DNA of 63,265 bases, filler included, from Choristocarpus tenellus KU-1152 (GCA_964200185.2; 12 parts of 12 records of this genome joined end to end with filler, not necessarily neighbours in it); one strand, 5' to 3'. Shown: positions 39,071 to 52,800, counted from the first letter of the whole stretch. Numbers and translations: made by a program. Notes: generated by a model not told the origin, from the sequence alone.

Positions 39071-40302
39071 CTGATCCTAAAGGTGACTGCCAACTGTCTA
39101 CCAGTCGTGCATGCTACCCTGTCCGTGAAGGGAGGTCTGAAAGACATGAAGAAGGAGAAACGACTCATACGGTCGACGAAAGTGTACGTGACGCAGTCCA
39201 ATCACATTATTTGCAATTTTTGCAGCAGCCTTTCACTCACAGTGAGGCTGACTTCTATGGAAAGTCATAGTAAACGAGAGATACCACAGACAAATATGTA
39301 CAAAATTCGTCTTTGTTGCAAATGCGTATAGGATGTTTTCTGGATTGTATCGAATAGTTTCAAACAACAGAGAAATAAATGCTCTCAAGTCGAACTTAGG
39401 ATTTCGTGTTGGTCCACAGAAATGGGTGAATTGCAAAAGACTGCAAGGATATATTAAAATGCCATACGTCAAAACCTGGATACCTCTCTTTTACTTTGGG
39501 TATACACAGCTGGGGTGATTCTGTGGGTGTGGGAAACAATGTACTAAGCAATGTATGAGGAGGTAGGGCTGGGAGGGTAAGGTTCAGAAAGGGAGAAGGG
39601 GGAGGGGTTAGTCATTATTGTGGTGTACAACTTCAACAATTGAAAATGATGAATACACACACATAAAACTCATTTGGGCTGAAATAGACTTTCCCTTATA
39701 TTCCCCATTGTCCTTCGAACATGGGGACAGCACTATAAAGCCTGCCATGACCACCTACTCAGCTATCCTGAGTCAAGCTGTGTCCCAACGGCATTGACTC
39801 TTGACATTCAAGGGCGTGTTTTTGAACACTTGGTTCCAATTTTTTGGGGTTTTTTGTGTCGTGTTTATTGCAAAGCACACAATAAGTCACGTACCAAGGT
39901 TGTTGGGAAACGAAACATCTGCTACTTCCTGCTGACATCTCCCTTCCACCTGTCCCCCTACACATTCCCTTGACATTCAAGTGCCAGTAGGGATAGTTTC
40001 AGAGTTAATCTAACTGCCCACATCCATTTCTATAGCCGAGGTGGGCAGCCAGCTCCTCCCTTCAAGAATGAAAATGTACCTCTCCACTTCAATAGTTTCT
40101 GCGATTTCATTTCCCCCCTAGACCATACTGCTATGAAAATCCGTGAAAGGGTCAGCGACCTGAACGTCATGCAAGCCATCGTTCCCACTCCAGTCCACCC
40201 ATTGCTCAAACCAATAAACATAGTATGAAGTATTTACAACATGTGTAGAATGTGTTGTTGATTCTCTCCTCACATTAGAATACCAGTTGGGAACTTCAGG
40301 AT

Positions 40303-40369
40303 GAGTGAAAGTATCTCAGAGGATACGGGTTTTTGCCTGTTTGTCCATTTGGGGCTTGGCTTCCCATGG
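40303..40369 (-). mobile_element. MITE family A end, cut by gap
   Basis: GAGTGAAAGTATCTCAGAGG..GTTTGTCCATTTGGGGCTTGGCTTCCC. Confidence 0.8.
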
Positions 40370-40502
40370 NNNNNNNNNNNNNNNNNNNNNNNNNNNNNNN
40401 NNNNNNNNNNNNNTTAATTAATTAANNNNNNNNNNNNNNNNNNNNNNNNNNNNNNNNNNNNNNNNNNNNAGATAGCAGGACAGGTCGGCAAAAGAAAGGA
40501 AA

Positions 40503-40676
40503 GGGGGGGGGGGGGGGGGGGGGGTGGTATACACCAGGGTGCCCATTCGGGCCCTGACCAGGAGAAGTGAACTTACACTATCCATCCAACACATGCAACC
40601 AAATCACCCAAAAATCACTACATGGAAAATGGGCCCCAAATGGACAGCCGTCCTGCCCCCCTAAATACTTTGAGCC
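40503..40676 (-). mobile_element. MITE family B
   Basis: Ends CCCCCTAAATACTTTGAGCC; internal match to the 57755 copy. Confidence 0.75.
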
Positions 40677-41333
40677 TGTCTGTAGTCCACTCACTATCTT
40701 TGCAAGGATGAAGGAACTTGATGTTTCAACTTTGTCTATCGTGCGATGTGTCCATAAGTTCCTTTATTGCGGTACTCCACGGAAAGTTTTTCTTAACATC
40801 AATAGCGTTGCCGGAGAGATAGCAACGGGGGAGAAATATATATATTTTTTCGTCTTTCAAGTTGAACCTCATTTTGATACCCAGGCAGGTGTTTGGCAAG
40901 AATCGCTCAGGTTTCAATCGGGTTCGGGGTCGGGAGTACAAGTTCAATCAATCCTATCTCTCTCTCCAGTGAACAAACACCAATTGAACCGGCGATACAG
41001 ACTCCAACAACACGACTATCTACAGGATCTCTTTTTATCTTTTTTCACCACTACGAACCCATTGTCTCAGGGTTGCCAAGAGCTGCTATGAGGTTGCAAC
41101 GTTTGTCCTGCTGAACCGTGAGAAGAGGTATAAGTATCAGCACTTGTGTGGAAGTAGAATGCGTCCATCGGTTGGCGTTTACTACAGAGGATATGGCCAA
41201 GTCACATATCTTTCCACACAACAGCTTGAAGCTCTTGTTAGGGATAGGGTTAGTGGTAGTCTTAGACCGTGCACATTGGAAAGTTTGGGTAATGTCTCCA
41301 AGAAAATGGCCTTGAAAATAAAATAGAAGAACT

Positions 41334-41590
41334 GACCCAAAGTATCTTAGAGGGTAGATCTGTGTCAATTTGTGGGCCAAAATCCAATGTTGCAATTTTG
41401 ATGTAATTTTGGCTATAGTGTTTGTTAGGAAGTGTCAATATCCATGTTTCGGTTACACCTTTTCATAACATATACATTTTACTACTCTGAAACATTTGGG
41501 AGTAGGAAAATGTCATAAAAACCCCGTGGGACATCAAGCCCCAAATGGACAAACAGGCCAAAACTCGTACCCTCTAAGATACTTTCACTC
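41334..41590 (+). mobile_element. MITE family A, full length
   Basis: 4-bp TSD AACT. Confidence 0.92.
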
Positions 41591-41798
41591 AACTCTGCAC
41601 TCACTCATCTATAAAAAAATAATTTTTATCCAGAAGATTCCATGGAGCATGACATATCACTTACAAACAGTATGGGAGTCCATCTGAGCAAACCGCAATT
41701 TCGGACCTCAATCTAGAAACGGAAATATACCCATTTAATTAGCAAATGGAGATTCCTTGGCAGTCGATTTCATGTCATGGTAAGGGGGCAGTCCTCAC

Positions 41799-44700
41799 CT
41801 TGAGGACGATAGCACCAATCTCCTTTACCACCTTGATTTGAACAATGGGTGCCAAGTCTCTACGCAAGGCTGTCGTTGAAGCCACCATCATGGCATGCTT
41901 TTCTTCCAATGTGCACCCCTCCATAGCTCTGTCGCATTCATCATCTCCATCCATCAAGGACACTCTATGAACAACACATGCCAGGCAACAAAGACATGGC
42001 AAGTGAAAGCATCTTAGAGGGTACGAGCTTTGCCCCTTTTGTCCATTTGGAGCTTGGCTTCCCACATTGTTTTTAATGACATTTTCCTGTTCCAAAGTGT
42101 TTCGGAGTAGGTAAAATGCATACATTTTTGGAATAGGTATCATGTGTATGTCTCGAACAAGGATATTGACCACTTCCTAGCAAACACAATAGACAAAATT
42201 ACATCAAAATTGCGACATTGGATTTTGGCCCCCAAATGGGTGCGGCTCTACCCTCTAAGATACTTTGACTCTGACCCAACAAAGCAATGAGCAATTGTAA
42301 TTCGGGTGAGGGAAGGGTGGTACACCATGTCAATGCACTTGCATGTGGTTGGTAACATTTTAGTTCTTCCTTCATGTTTCTCATTCTAGTTTAAGGGAGT
42401 GATGCGGACTTTACATGATGGTTCATTCTACTTTGTCAAAACGATTTGAGCTCTCTACTACTGTACCTCTCCTCAGTATTAGTTTTGTGATCCTTATGTC
42501 AAGTCATCTAGATGATTAGAGCTAGTGAGATATGTGGCAACCTATTTTCCCATTGGGTTGTCACAGTCATAGTGTTGCTCCTTTTAGAGCAAAAACCATA
42601 ATGCGTCAAGACCAGAAAATACTTTATTGGAAGCACTCAGAACCATGTACACAAGGAGAAAATATATCTAAAATCTCTTCTTGCTCTGAAAAAAATGGAT
42701 GTTTTCATGACCCAACTCCCAGTGTTGCTGAATATTCGGCGAGTCAACCTCATGGCATAATATAAGGCAGAGTTCTTACTTTGGAGAATCAGTGAGAATT
42801 CCTATTAACTGACCCCAGGAATGCCTCGCTGGGTAGAGCTTGCAACAATAAAGCTGCACCACAGAAGCTCGCTCCTGGAAGCTGCAATCCTTCATGTGGT
42901 TTAGTTTGGTACGGAATAGATGCTGCATCCCCAGCAACAAAGAACTGGAGGTAGTATGTCCCATGGTCAAGGGTGGACAATGAGACTGGTATTTCAATAG
43001 TCCCATCATCTCCGATCTCCATCTCCCAAGGCCACACAACACCCACCTTGAAATGAAGAAAGAGATTGGGGCTGGAGTCAGTGTGGAGGACATCTAAAGC
43101 CAAACATTGTGCTCCCTTGTAGTCTGCCTAGCCCACATAAGATCAACCTATTTTTTCTTCACTACTGAGCAAATCTTAGTCTCAGGCAGGTCTGAGTAAA
43201 GACTTCAAATATTACACCATATGAAGAGCTTGTGGAAGGAAACTACATTGAAATATTCCATGTGCATTGAAGTGCATATTACAGCTATTTCAAGCAAGAA
43301 CAAAATTTCTTCATCAGGTTGATATACTACATGTCACCCTCTGTCTAAGGCGAATTCAGTGGCATCATCCTGTCCAAAACAAGAACCATTGTTGACGCTA
43401 TCTTGAAGTGCACATTGCAGGTGATGCAAGGAAGAACACGATTTCTTCATCAGGTTGATACACTACACCTCGCTCTCTGTCCAAGGTAAATTCATTGGCA
43501 TCATCCTGTCCAAAACAAGAACCATTGTTGATGCTATCTCTTGTTATCAAGTGAAAATATCAGAGGCATAATGATGTCAGTCTTCGTTAAAATCTACAAC
43601 TACCTGTGCCTCTGTGGAATCAGAATAGGGACCACAAAACTGGTGTTGCAGTTCCCCCACAGACAACGGTGTCGGGGGAGGGTCATGGTACACTAGACAT
43701 GCATATGGTCCAAAGTCCTCCATCACTATCTGGACTGAGATGTGGAACTTGGCGCCTGCCTCTGCCAGGCTATCTGGGGCATCAATGATTTGCAAATAGC
43801 GGTCGGCATAGACCTTGATGTAACAAAGTTGGAATGCAACAGGAAAAGAAGCAATAGGTAGTGTCAGGAGATACATACAAGTGGTAGGTGTAACTACGCA
43901 ATAGGGCGCTACATAAAACACTAGGAACCTGATTTGTGTTCTGGGCTATGAAATACTACAATAAGTTAGGCTGAATGGTGTATGCGTTGCATGTTCCTGT
44001 ATTCTACACCTTTGTACCAAAATGAAACAAAACAGAGTCAGTATACTGTAAAAATCTGGTCAATGAAGTCAGCATCCTGGATTTTGATATTCCATCATAC
44101 TCACCTCAACATAACGAAGACGATCATGTACCGCATATAGGCCCAGGCCAATGTGTGTGTGGGTTTGATCCAACAGGTGTGTGGTCGCTACATCATTTGA
44201 ACTCTTTTCCTCTGAGCGTGTATCGATGCAATCCTTTATCTTGCCCAAGATCTAAGGCAAAACATCCAAATATTTTAAAGGTCCATGCGGGTAAGAAACC
44301 ATAAAGATAAGAAAGGTGCCTAAAGTGCTTGACTTCAATCTGACCGCATAAATAATCTACTCCTCAGACTAGATGATGGAGTAATCATTCCGGACGTTGA
44401 TCTTTCCTCATCCTTCCAAATCTCACAACAGTGTACCTCTTCCTCAGACGATGTGCTGAGGTCAAATCCAAATATTTCCTCGAATATGTGCTGACCACAT
44501 GCCGATTCCGAGTAACGTTGATAGGGCTTCCGGCCCTCCTTATCCCAATGACTGAGGAAGTTACTCTCGCACATGGTGCGACAATGGGCTGTTGCAGGTC
44601 CCACTAAATCATCATCCAACTCCAGAGGGAGTAGCTGGTAAGCCACGCGAGCCTAGTATAGCGAGAGGGAAAAGCGCTTCAGGAAGTGGGAATACGTCGT

Positions 44701-45241
44701 GCTTAGGATGTGCTATCCTTTGTAGCAGGATCCCTTAGCAAATGGAGGTTGGTAAGTGCGCACATAAGTGCTTTTGGGTGTTTGGGGGGTTTGCGAATTT
44801 TCGGGATTGTATTCCCAAGCGGAACTAGTTTCTTATATGAAGTACAAGTCTGCGTCCAATGCGGTGGGGAAACCGTGTTGGGGGGCAAGCACTTACTTCG
44901 TTGATTGCGGTTAGGGCCTCCACTTTGACTCTCCGATATATTACATCATCGACCAGTTCGACTTCGTCTGCTGCATGCCCTTCTTTCTCTCCATCTCCGA
45001 TTTTGTCTTCGCTGCTGGCATTGGTGTGTGTCTCCGTAGAAATGGTACCACATTCCTTTAGTTGTCCCTCACACGTTTGGTCACCGTCAGTGACAGTGTC
45101 ATGTTTTCCTTCCCCATCCTGTTCCTCTGGTCGAAGCAGTTCGTCTCCTTCTTGGTCTACCAATTCACTTTCTTTATCGGGTCTGACCAGAGCATCGTCA
45201 ACACCAACAGCACCATCACCACCATTATGCTCGTTAGACAT
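41799..45241 (-). CDS. CAP/SCP-domain (YkwD-like) protein with acidic N-terminus; 5' six exons
   Basis: Phase-consistent exons 45241-44897 (ATG), 44652-44437, 44251-44105, 43813-43604, 43046-42814, 41964-41799. INE|ARVAYQLLPLELDDDL..AHCRTMCESNFLSHWDKEGRKPYQRY..HTHIGLG..RYVE|VYADRY. 3' end not found. Confidence 0.82.
42001..42271 (-). mobile_element. MITE family A in an intron
   Basis: Both TIRs present; TSD TGGC/TGAC (1 mismatch). Confidence 0.9.
43306..43540. repeat. Intronic direct duplication (~95 bp, period ~135)
   Basis: ATTTCTTCATCAGGTTGATA..GGCATCATCCTGTCCAAAACAAGAACCATTGTTGA occurs twice. Confidence 0.85.
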
Positions 45242-46979
45242 AAGGATATTTTTCTTGTGGCATCACGGTCAATCTCTCGACTGATGAACTCCAACTTGAC
45301 AAAAATATATGTTGGTACCTTCTTTTTTTTCGGAAAAGGAGGTCAAACCGTTTCAACTCTCAAACAGTAACCATCCCTACACACACGTGTATCTTACAAG
45401 GGAGGGAAAAGTGGATACTTAAAAGAAAACCATTTTTTTTATGTTGCTAATCTGTTGGGAGAAGAAGTGGTAGAGGGGGGTGGACAGTGAAGGAGTTTGA
45501 CGTGGTGTTCTGATCTGGAAAGTTGGGATATGAGTGCGAGATGTCTGGTGAGAGATTAGTCGATGTGCATGGATAGCATGTCCATTCCCGCAATAGGGAA
45601 GCTGATAATACTGATGAAATTTTTTACAACGCATCATGATGGGGAGGATGTTGGAAGTGCAGTCAGTGTTAAAATTTTCAACCGCATTTTAGTCCTAAAA
45701 AAGGTTTGGCTTCTCATATTATTTAATGAAACATAACAATAACGTACTGTTGTATCTCCCCGTTTCGCGCTTTATTACCTGTGAGCATGTAACCAAGACG
45801 TAATAGGTCGTATCACTGTTCGATAGTGTGAAATTTCGTAAATTTGGAATATCCTTGCAGTACACGACATAGACGTAAGTTTATGTCGAACTAGGTCAAA
45901 TGGTGACCTTGGCTCCAAAAACTAGTCAAACTTATATTATCAACAGGTGAAATAGCTGCAATTAATCGCACGGAACGGCTACCTTTCAAGATTGGATTTA
46001 AAACTTCGGTGCTGGGTGGGGTCTAATATCTTGTTGAAGTACCACCTTCCTCATGGAGGGGGAGAATAGATTAAAACTCGAATGAAGTCGCTTCATGGTA
46101 CAAAGCTATCAATCTCATTGTAGACACATCAGTGAGCAAGGAAAAATCCCTGCGCACCTATCTATATACCGATTTGCTGCCCTATGATACTCGACAACAA
46201 CATAACATTTATCATACTATTCGCTTCTGGTCCTGCCATTCACAGAATAGGGATACTATGCTTGTACGATCTACACACTACACACTGGAGATCTCCCATA
46301 CGTTGAAACTGTTTACCAACGTCCTCCCCAGCGCTCAGAGAACCACAAGCAGTTATTAGTCTGTGTATCCTTTAAACTCTATGATTATCAACACTGCTGC
46401 AAAATTGACACAACTAAGTGCAACAGTGAAAATCCTCAACCTGGAGAACAAAACTCCAAAACAACAATGCCTACAGGTGGAAATGATGCAAAGCCAGCAA
46501 AAGTTCTGCATGTTCCAACTCGGGTGAGGATATGGTCTATGATTCTGCGCCATGCCCTCTGCTCAATAGATTCCTCAAGAACTAGACGCCATAAACACAG
46601 GACTTTGAAGCAAAGATGGTACCATTTTTGTGTTTTATGCTTGAGATAGTAAAATGCACAACTCTCCCTATATATTATACATATATATATATATTTAGAG
46701 GGGGTTCTATTTAGGCACTTTTGAGTGATTAGGGGATACGAAACCTTTTGCCTAAAACGTCTTGTACAATGCCTGAAATGCAGGTAGCACCACTTCAGAG
46801 GCTGTGAGTGTGAAAGAACCAAACCAATTGGGAGGTAGGCAGATTTGGACCCTTTTGCATTCCAAAACATATTTCTTATCCTGTGCATTACCCTTCTTTG
46901 TTTCATCGCTTTATTATGCACACAATGGTGTACGCAAAATTTCTTGTATCCTGTGCTACTCTCAGTGAAAGTACTAAAT

Positions 46980-47017
<38 letters not shown>

Positions 47018-47340
47018 ATTCTTCTATATTATTTTATTTATTATTTATTAGGGACTACTAAGATTAATAATTGAATACAAATACATCATTGTGTGTTTGG
47101 TGATTAGAAGGTTGAGGTGATTTGTGACTTAAGATGTTTTTTGACACTATACACTACTCTAATTTTGACTCTCATTCGTCAAGGTCAAATTGTAAATATA
47201 ATCTTTCATGATTTCAAACCAAGAACGTCTAGAGATGATTTGAAACAGCAGTGTCTCTTATGCACATACTGGAGTATATCTTAACCCCTTCAACATGTAC
47301 ATGTACACATTTTTTCACTGTTGGACTAATACAACACGTG

Positions 47341-47590
47341 GTGGGCAGGGTCCGGACATGCAAGAAAAAAGTTATATTGGTCAGTCAGAAGACATGGACC
47401 AGCACAATGATCCAGTGGACATGGTCCGGACATGTTGGAGAATGCTAGACCCGGTCTGACTGGTGGACATGGGGTGGTGCAATATATGCCGTAGACATGG
47501 TCTGGACATGTTGGAGAATGTTTGACCCAGTCCGGCTGGTAGACATGGACCGGTTCAACACCTAGTGGACATGGGCCGGGACATGCCAAA
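47341..47590. repeat. ~75-bp minisatellite (about 3.3 units) rich in GGACATG/GTCCGG
   Basis: Units start at 47341, 47415, 47491 and 47565. Confidence 0.75.
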
Positions 47591-47806
47591 TACTTGTGGG
47601 ACTGGTCTGGGCGGTGGACGGGACCATTTTAATTTGCTGGCCAAGTGGAAGGCTCTCTGAAATTTACACCGTACAATAGTGACTTGATCATAATGCAATA
47701 TTTTACCTCTATTATACTACGAACTATGAAATATCATCGATATCAACTTTTGCCCCCAAGAATGCACGCGTTGTGGGGAACCAGTCTGCATAGTTGTCCT
47801 CTGTCA

Positions 47807-47925
47807 GGCTCAAAGTACCTGGGGAGTGTGTGTGTGTGGCAGCTGTCCACTTGGGGGCCATTTTCCCATGTTGTGATGTTTTGGTGATTTGGTTGCATGC
47901 GTCAGATGGATAATGCAAGTGCAAA
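47807..47925 (+). mobile_element. MITE family B, truncated
   Basis: GGCTCAAAGTACCTGGGGAG..GATTTGGTTGCAT. Confidence 0.75.
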
Positions 47926-47934
47926 CACCGCCCC

Positions 47935-48610
47935 TAGGAAACCAAGGTGCTTGTGCCAGCCACGGTGGATGGGGAGAGGTACAAGAAGCTCATGATCGAG
48001 GATGTTATCCTGACATTCAAGGTCCCCATGCCTAGGTCAGAAGGACACACCCTCTTCGTGCAGCAGGATGGGGAAAAGCTACACACCACGGGGGGGATCA
48101 TGGAAGTAATCAAGGAGGCAGCGGGGGACAACTTTGCCATAGAGACCCAGCCAGCCAACTCAACTGACCTCAACGTCAACGACCTTGGATTCTTTCATTC
48201 CATTTCAGCAACTGAAGGAAGACGTGAGGGTGACGGACGAAGAGGAGTTGGTGGAGGCCACAATAGAGGTGTTCAATGTGTATCCCCGGGAAGTACTAAG
48301 ACATGTCTGGCAGAGCCTCTTCGCAGTCTATGGTGAGGTGCTTGGGTACAAGGTTGACAACGTCTTCCAAATTCCTCATCTTGGCTAGGAATAGACTGAG
48401 AAGGCGAGCAAGCTCCCCCTGAATGCCCTGCTGAACGCGGTGAAATACCGTGCTGGAATGAATTTTTGAAGGGCTTCGGGGACAGAATCATAGACAGGTA
48501 TATGCTACACACTTTGCTTGAGATTTTAGTGAATGACCTTTTAGTGTCTGCACAATGTACCCATAAAATATGAGCACGTGAAAAAAAATCTTGCTTCTTT
48601 ATTGGGGCTG
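47935..48610 (+). mobile_element. Mariner-type transposase remnant (plant/oomycete-like) with probable 3' TIR
   Basis: LFVQQDGEKLH..QPANSTDLNVNDLGFFHSI/QQLK..LRHVWQSL..DNVFQIPH; one frameshift; ends ..TTTATTGGGGCTG|TA. Confidence 0.85.
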
Positions 48611-49192
48611 TAAACGCTATGTTATATTTAATTCCGAATGGAGGGAGTAAATCTTACCATGACACAATTAGTAGTCCTGTGGGTTTACCACAAAAACGAA
48701 GGGCCAAGGTCGAGGTGGAAACTTCAAGTTGGGTCTGGAGGAGATTCACGGGAGAAATCGGAATCAAGAGGGGTGGGAATTTTGAGTACATGAGAGAAGG
48801 AAGATCAAACAGAGGCAGTATAGAATTCTGGTGGTAGTGAAAGAGATGATGAGTAATTAGTATGAGAAACAATGTAGAGTAACTCTGACCCAGGGTTTGG
48901 ATATCAACAGAGTAATAATATGAAGCAAAAAAAACATACTCCAAGGGTTACTAGGTTACTATATTATCATCAAATATGATTACAACATTACAACATTAAA
49001 ATAATAGTAGTATGAGAAGTGTGATAGTATAGTTGATTGATTGATTGGCTATTGCATATTCGTTTGAAGTATGACGTAGCGACTCTTAAAAAAACGATAT
49101 TCAATAGAACGAACATAGAACACACTCCAATATACAATTAAAAAGGCAATAACAGCGTGTTTCCGCAAAATTAAACGTACTACATATATTTT

Positions 49193-49395
49193 ATTATTAT
49201 GCCCTCTGACATTTTGCAGATGTGTCAGGGGGGAAACCAATCAAAACTATACATATGTCATTATTAGCCTTAAATAAATAAAATATCCTAAACGTAAGAA
49301 CACTATAAAATATTACAAGTGTGGAAACCACTAGTCGATCAGTTACTTCACTAATATATAATATTGTACTACTGTTGTCCTTTGCTTCCCATCTA
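49193..49395 (-). mobile_element. CRE-like LINE 3' end (UTR type II), interrupted by MITE B
   Basis: TTATTATTATGCCCTCTGACATTTTGCAGATGTGTCAGGGGG; matches 36760-36960. Confidence 0.8.
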
Positions 49396-49508
49396 GGCTC
49401 AAAGTATCTGGGGGGGGGTGGCGGCTGTTCATTTGGGGTCAATTTTTTCATATCGCGATTTTGTGGGTGATTTGGTTGCCATACATACGTCGGATGGATA
49501 ATGCAAAT
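49396..49508 (+). mobile_element. MITE family B, truncated
   Basis: GGCTCAAAGTATCTGGGGGG..GTCGGATGGATAATGCAA. Confidence 0.8.
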
Positions 49509-49686
49509 AACAGCAGATTCTCAAAATTGAGGATGAAGCGGGACTATGAGGATGGTTGTTTTGCGAAAATAAAAAAAAAAAAGTACNNNNNNNNNNNNNN
49601 NNNNNNNNNNNNNNNNNNNNNNNNNNNNNNTTAATTAATTAANNNNNNNNNNNNNNNNNNNNNNNNNNNNNNNNNNNNNNNNNNNN

Positions 49687-49727
49687 CCAAATGGACAGCC
49701 GCCACCCCCTCCCAGATACTTTGAGCC
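49687..49727 (-). mobile_element. MITE family B terminus after a gap
   Basis: CCAAATGGACAGCCGCCACCCCCTCCCAGATACTTTGAGCC. Confidence 0.8.
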
Positions 49728-49853
49728 AGATACAATTATAGGGCACACATTAATAATGCGAAATGGGTCAAAATGTGCATTCATCTCGGTTAACATGACC
49801 CAGGCACCTTCTTCAAGAGGAGCTACAATTGCTTAGTAACAGAAGAAACAAAC

Positions 49854-52800
49854 CTCAGGCCAACCCTTGCCGGTGGAAGCCCCCAAAGTACCACATTTCC
49901 TGCCAGATCAGTCGATAGGAGGATTGGGAAGGGGTCCAAGAAGGTCACACATGTCACACTGCCAGGGTGCTGCTCAGCACAGACACCCATGTGCCGCCCA
50001 TGCTCAAACTCCCAGAGCTGGCCCAGAGCGATGGAGGGGTTGAATGAACAAAATGAGTTTGGCCAGTTTCGGCATTCTGTGCTCGTTCATCCTGAAGGAA
50101 TTCAGTTATTTGGGTTTATCTTGCCTACTCTAATGCATTGTTCATGACTGTAACGCACCAAGACAAGATTGCAGAGAAGTAGACCTGCCTGATTTGGGCA
50201 TCTCTCAAGAGGAATGGGATGTATCTTCGACCCAAAGCATTAAAGAGGATAGGAGTTCTGCCCTGTTTGTCTGTTGGGGGCTTGGCTTCCCACAAGTTTT
50301 TTATGCCCCTTTTCGGTTTTCGAAACTTTTCGGAGTAGGTAAAATGTATGACTATGAACGGTGTGTTCGGAGTAAGGATATTGACACCTGCTAACAAAAA
50401 GATAACCAAAGTAACATCAAAATCATAACATTGCATTTTGGACTCCAAACAGACGAGGCCCTACCCTCTTAAATGTTTTGACTCTTTTCAACAGGATTGG
50501 TCACCATAGAAGGAAAGGATCCGTGTCCCACACCCCCCAATAAAACTCAGTTTACATACCAATGACTGGTCCCACAATCAACAATAACAATACCTATTTT
50601 CAAGATAATGATACTCAGAGAGCAGAGGAAGTAGTAGAGTAAAATGCATCCAATTGGCTTAATTTGATGTATAAGATGCTTTAAGTATCTAGCTTTAGAT
50701 GTAAATTCTAGTGATTGTTCCACACTCCCTGACCCAGGGTCATGACATCACTGAAACATAATTTGGCGAACTTTCAAGCAATCCAATTTGGGACACCATT
50801 CTACCCATGAAGAACAAACAACAACTAGACCCTCCCTTCAGGACATATGAGACCTGGCCTGCAATAGCAGCCGCAACCTAAGCCTGTGACCCTCAAGTGA
50901 TGATCCTGATGAGAAAGGGTTGGGATGATGGTACTGCTACTTGTCGAATAATAGTATCAGTAGAAGGTGCATGTCTAATATTTTGAGCTAGGGTTAGGGT
51001 TAGGGTTAGGGATAGTGCGGGGAGAGGAAAGTTCAACATTAAGGACTGACCTGTATAGACCCATCCTCACTAGCAGATGCGATGAGCCCAAGGTGCGGGC
51101 TGTAGGCGAGAGCAGTTATCTCTGACCATGTAGCATTGGTTACTCTCCTCAGCAGGAGGCCGCTGCCATCCTTAATATTAGGATCAGCAAGTGTGGTGTT
51201 GAAGGTGATGCCAGTGTTGCGAGTCTATAATCTGTGTTGGCTACAAATATGTTCAATATTTGTACATACTGTGTAAGGAGGAAAGGTGCTTTGGAACCGC
51301 TGGAGCAGTGCAGAAATCTCGCTGAACAATCCCCAACTACACCCAGGAACCGTTCAACGGCTTTCAATGCAAAAGGAAGAATCACGCTGCTCGCTCTTTC
51401 CACCTTCTGCCCCCTGCTTGTCCTCTTGATGTTTGCATATATATATATACTATTAGGAGTTTCATGTACTCAGCACTTGCTGTTTCCACTTATCTTTTAT
51501 CATGTGCTCAGAGGACAATAAAACAGCATTGATTTTTGACTGTTCTGTGGTCAAAGGACAGGTTGGAAGTATCAAGGGAAAATCAAAGTGATGGGGAAAG
51601 GCTCCATACTCCTTGTCCCCCCACCCACCGCTCACTGCCCCTCCCGGGGGGTACATATCACACAATGAGACGCCTTGTAAGTATGATTTTCCGGCGAGAT
51701 AGTTCCTTCCCATCCCTATTCCAACATCCCCATTTACCCTCATAAAACTCAGTGGAATTATACAACATAAAATGAATGACCCAAAGCATTTAAGAGGGTA
51801 AGAGTTTTGCCCTGTTTGTCCATTCATGGCTTGGCTTCACACGTTTTTTTCATGCCCTTTCCTGGTTTTCTGTGTGAACACAGTTTCCTAAAATGTATAC
51901 AGCTATAAAAGGTGTGTCCAGCACAAGGGTATTGACACTTGCTAACAAACACAAAAGCCAAAATCCATCAAAATCGCAACATTGGATTTACGACCCTGAA
52001 CAGACGCGGCCCTACCCTAACCCTAAGATACTTCGACTCAATGAGCACAATGAGGTGGTCAGGAGGGTACTGGGCAGTCTGTTGCATAACCAACATCTAT
52101 AGCCTCTGTGAAGCTAGGAACTATACCAGAATTCTACAAGAATGGGCACAAGGAACGGAACAGAACTCTGTAGCTTCACCTGAGATTCTCCGTGTATTGA
52201 TATGGAACGATCACCAGAAGTGGATATTAGGAGGGAGTGTTCTTTAACATAGATGGTTCTGGACACGTCGCCGTAATGGGCACGGCCATTGCACTCTGGA
52301 TACTGATACCCAATCATCTCTGATTGATTCATGCAGTTGAACACCTGGCGATGTTCAGTAGAACGATGACTTGGAGCGGTTGTGTGGTAAGGCTGAGCCT
52401 TAATTGACAAAAAAAACGAAAAAGAGAGTAGTTTACCTACTAGAGTTGGGAAATGGGTGCATATTTTACTTTTTTGTGGAGGGAAGAGCCCCTAAACTTT
52501 AACCCCTAACCCGACCAAAGATTAGGTCAATCTTCGTTTTTTGTTTTGCATTATGTATATGTATATGTATATATATGTATATGTATATATATATGTATAT
52601 ATATGTATATGTATATATATATATGTAGTATCAGAGGTACTGATAGCATCGATCAATTAGGGGCATTTCATTTCATTTCACCTATAATAGACGTCAGCAA
52701 TAATAATAATTGGACCTAAGGTTATTGTGAGATAGATTTATTTGTGTGAAGAAAGCGTTCCGGGAAGACAAGTGCCAGGTTGGATATGTGAGACACCAAA

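Noticed and set aside
44859-45284. Ser-rich plus-strand ORF and similar antisense ORFs (137-598, 23898-24254)
   Set aside because: They are shadows of genuine minus-strand coding sequence.
46130-46840. Divergent plus-strand gene upstream of the CAP gene
   Set aside because: There are some splice-like borders (..VPTR|gtgagg) but no consistent ORF chain or homology.
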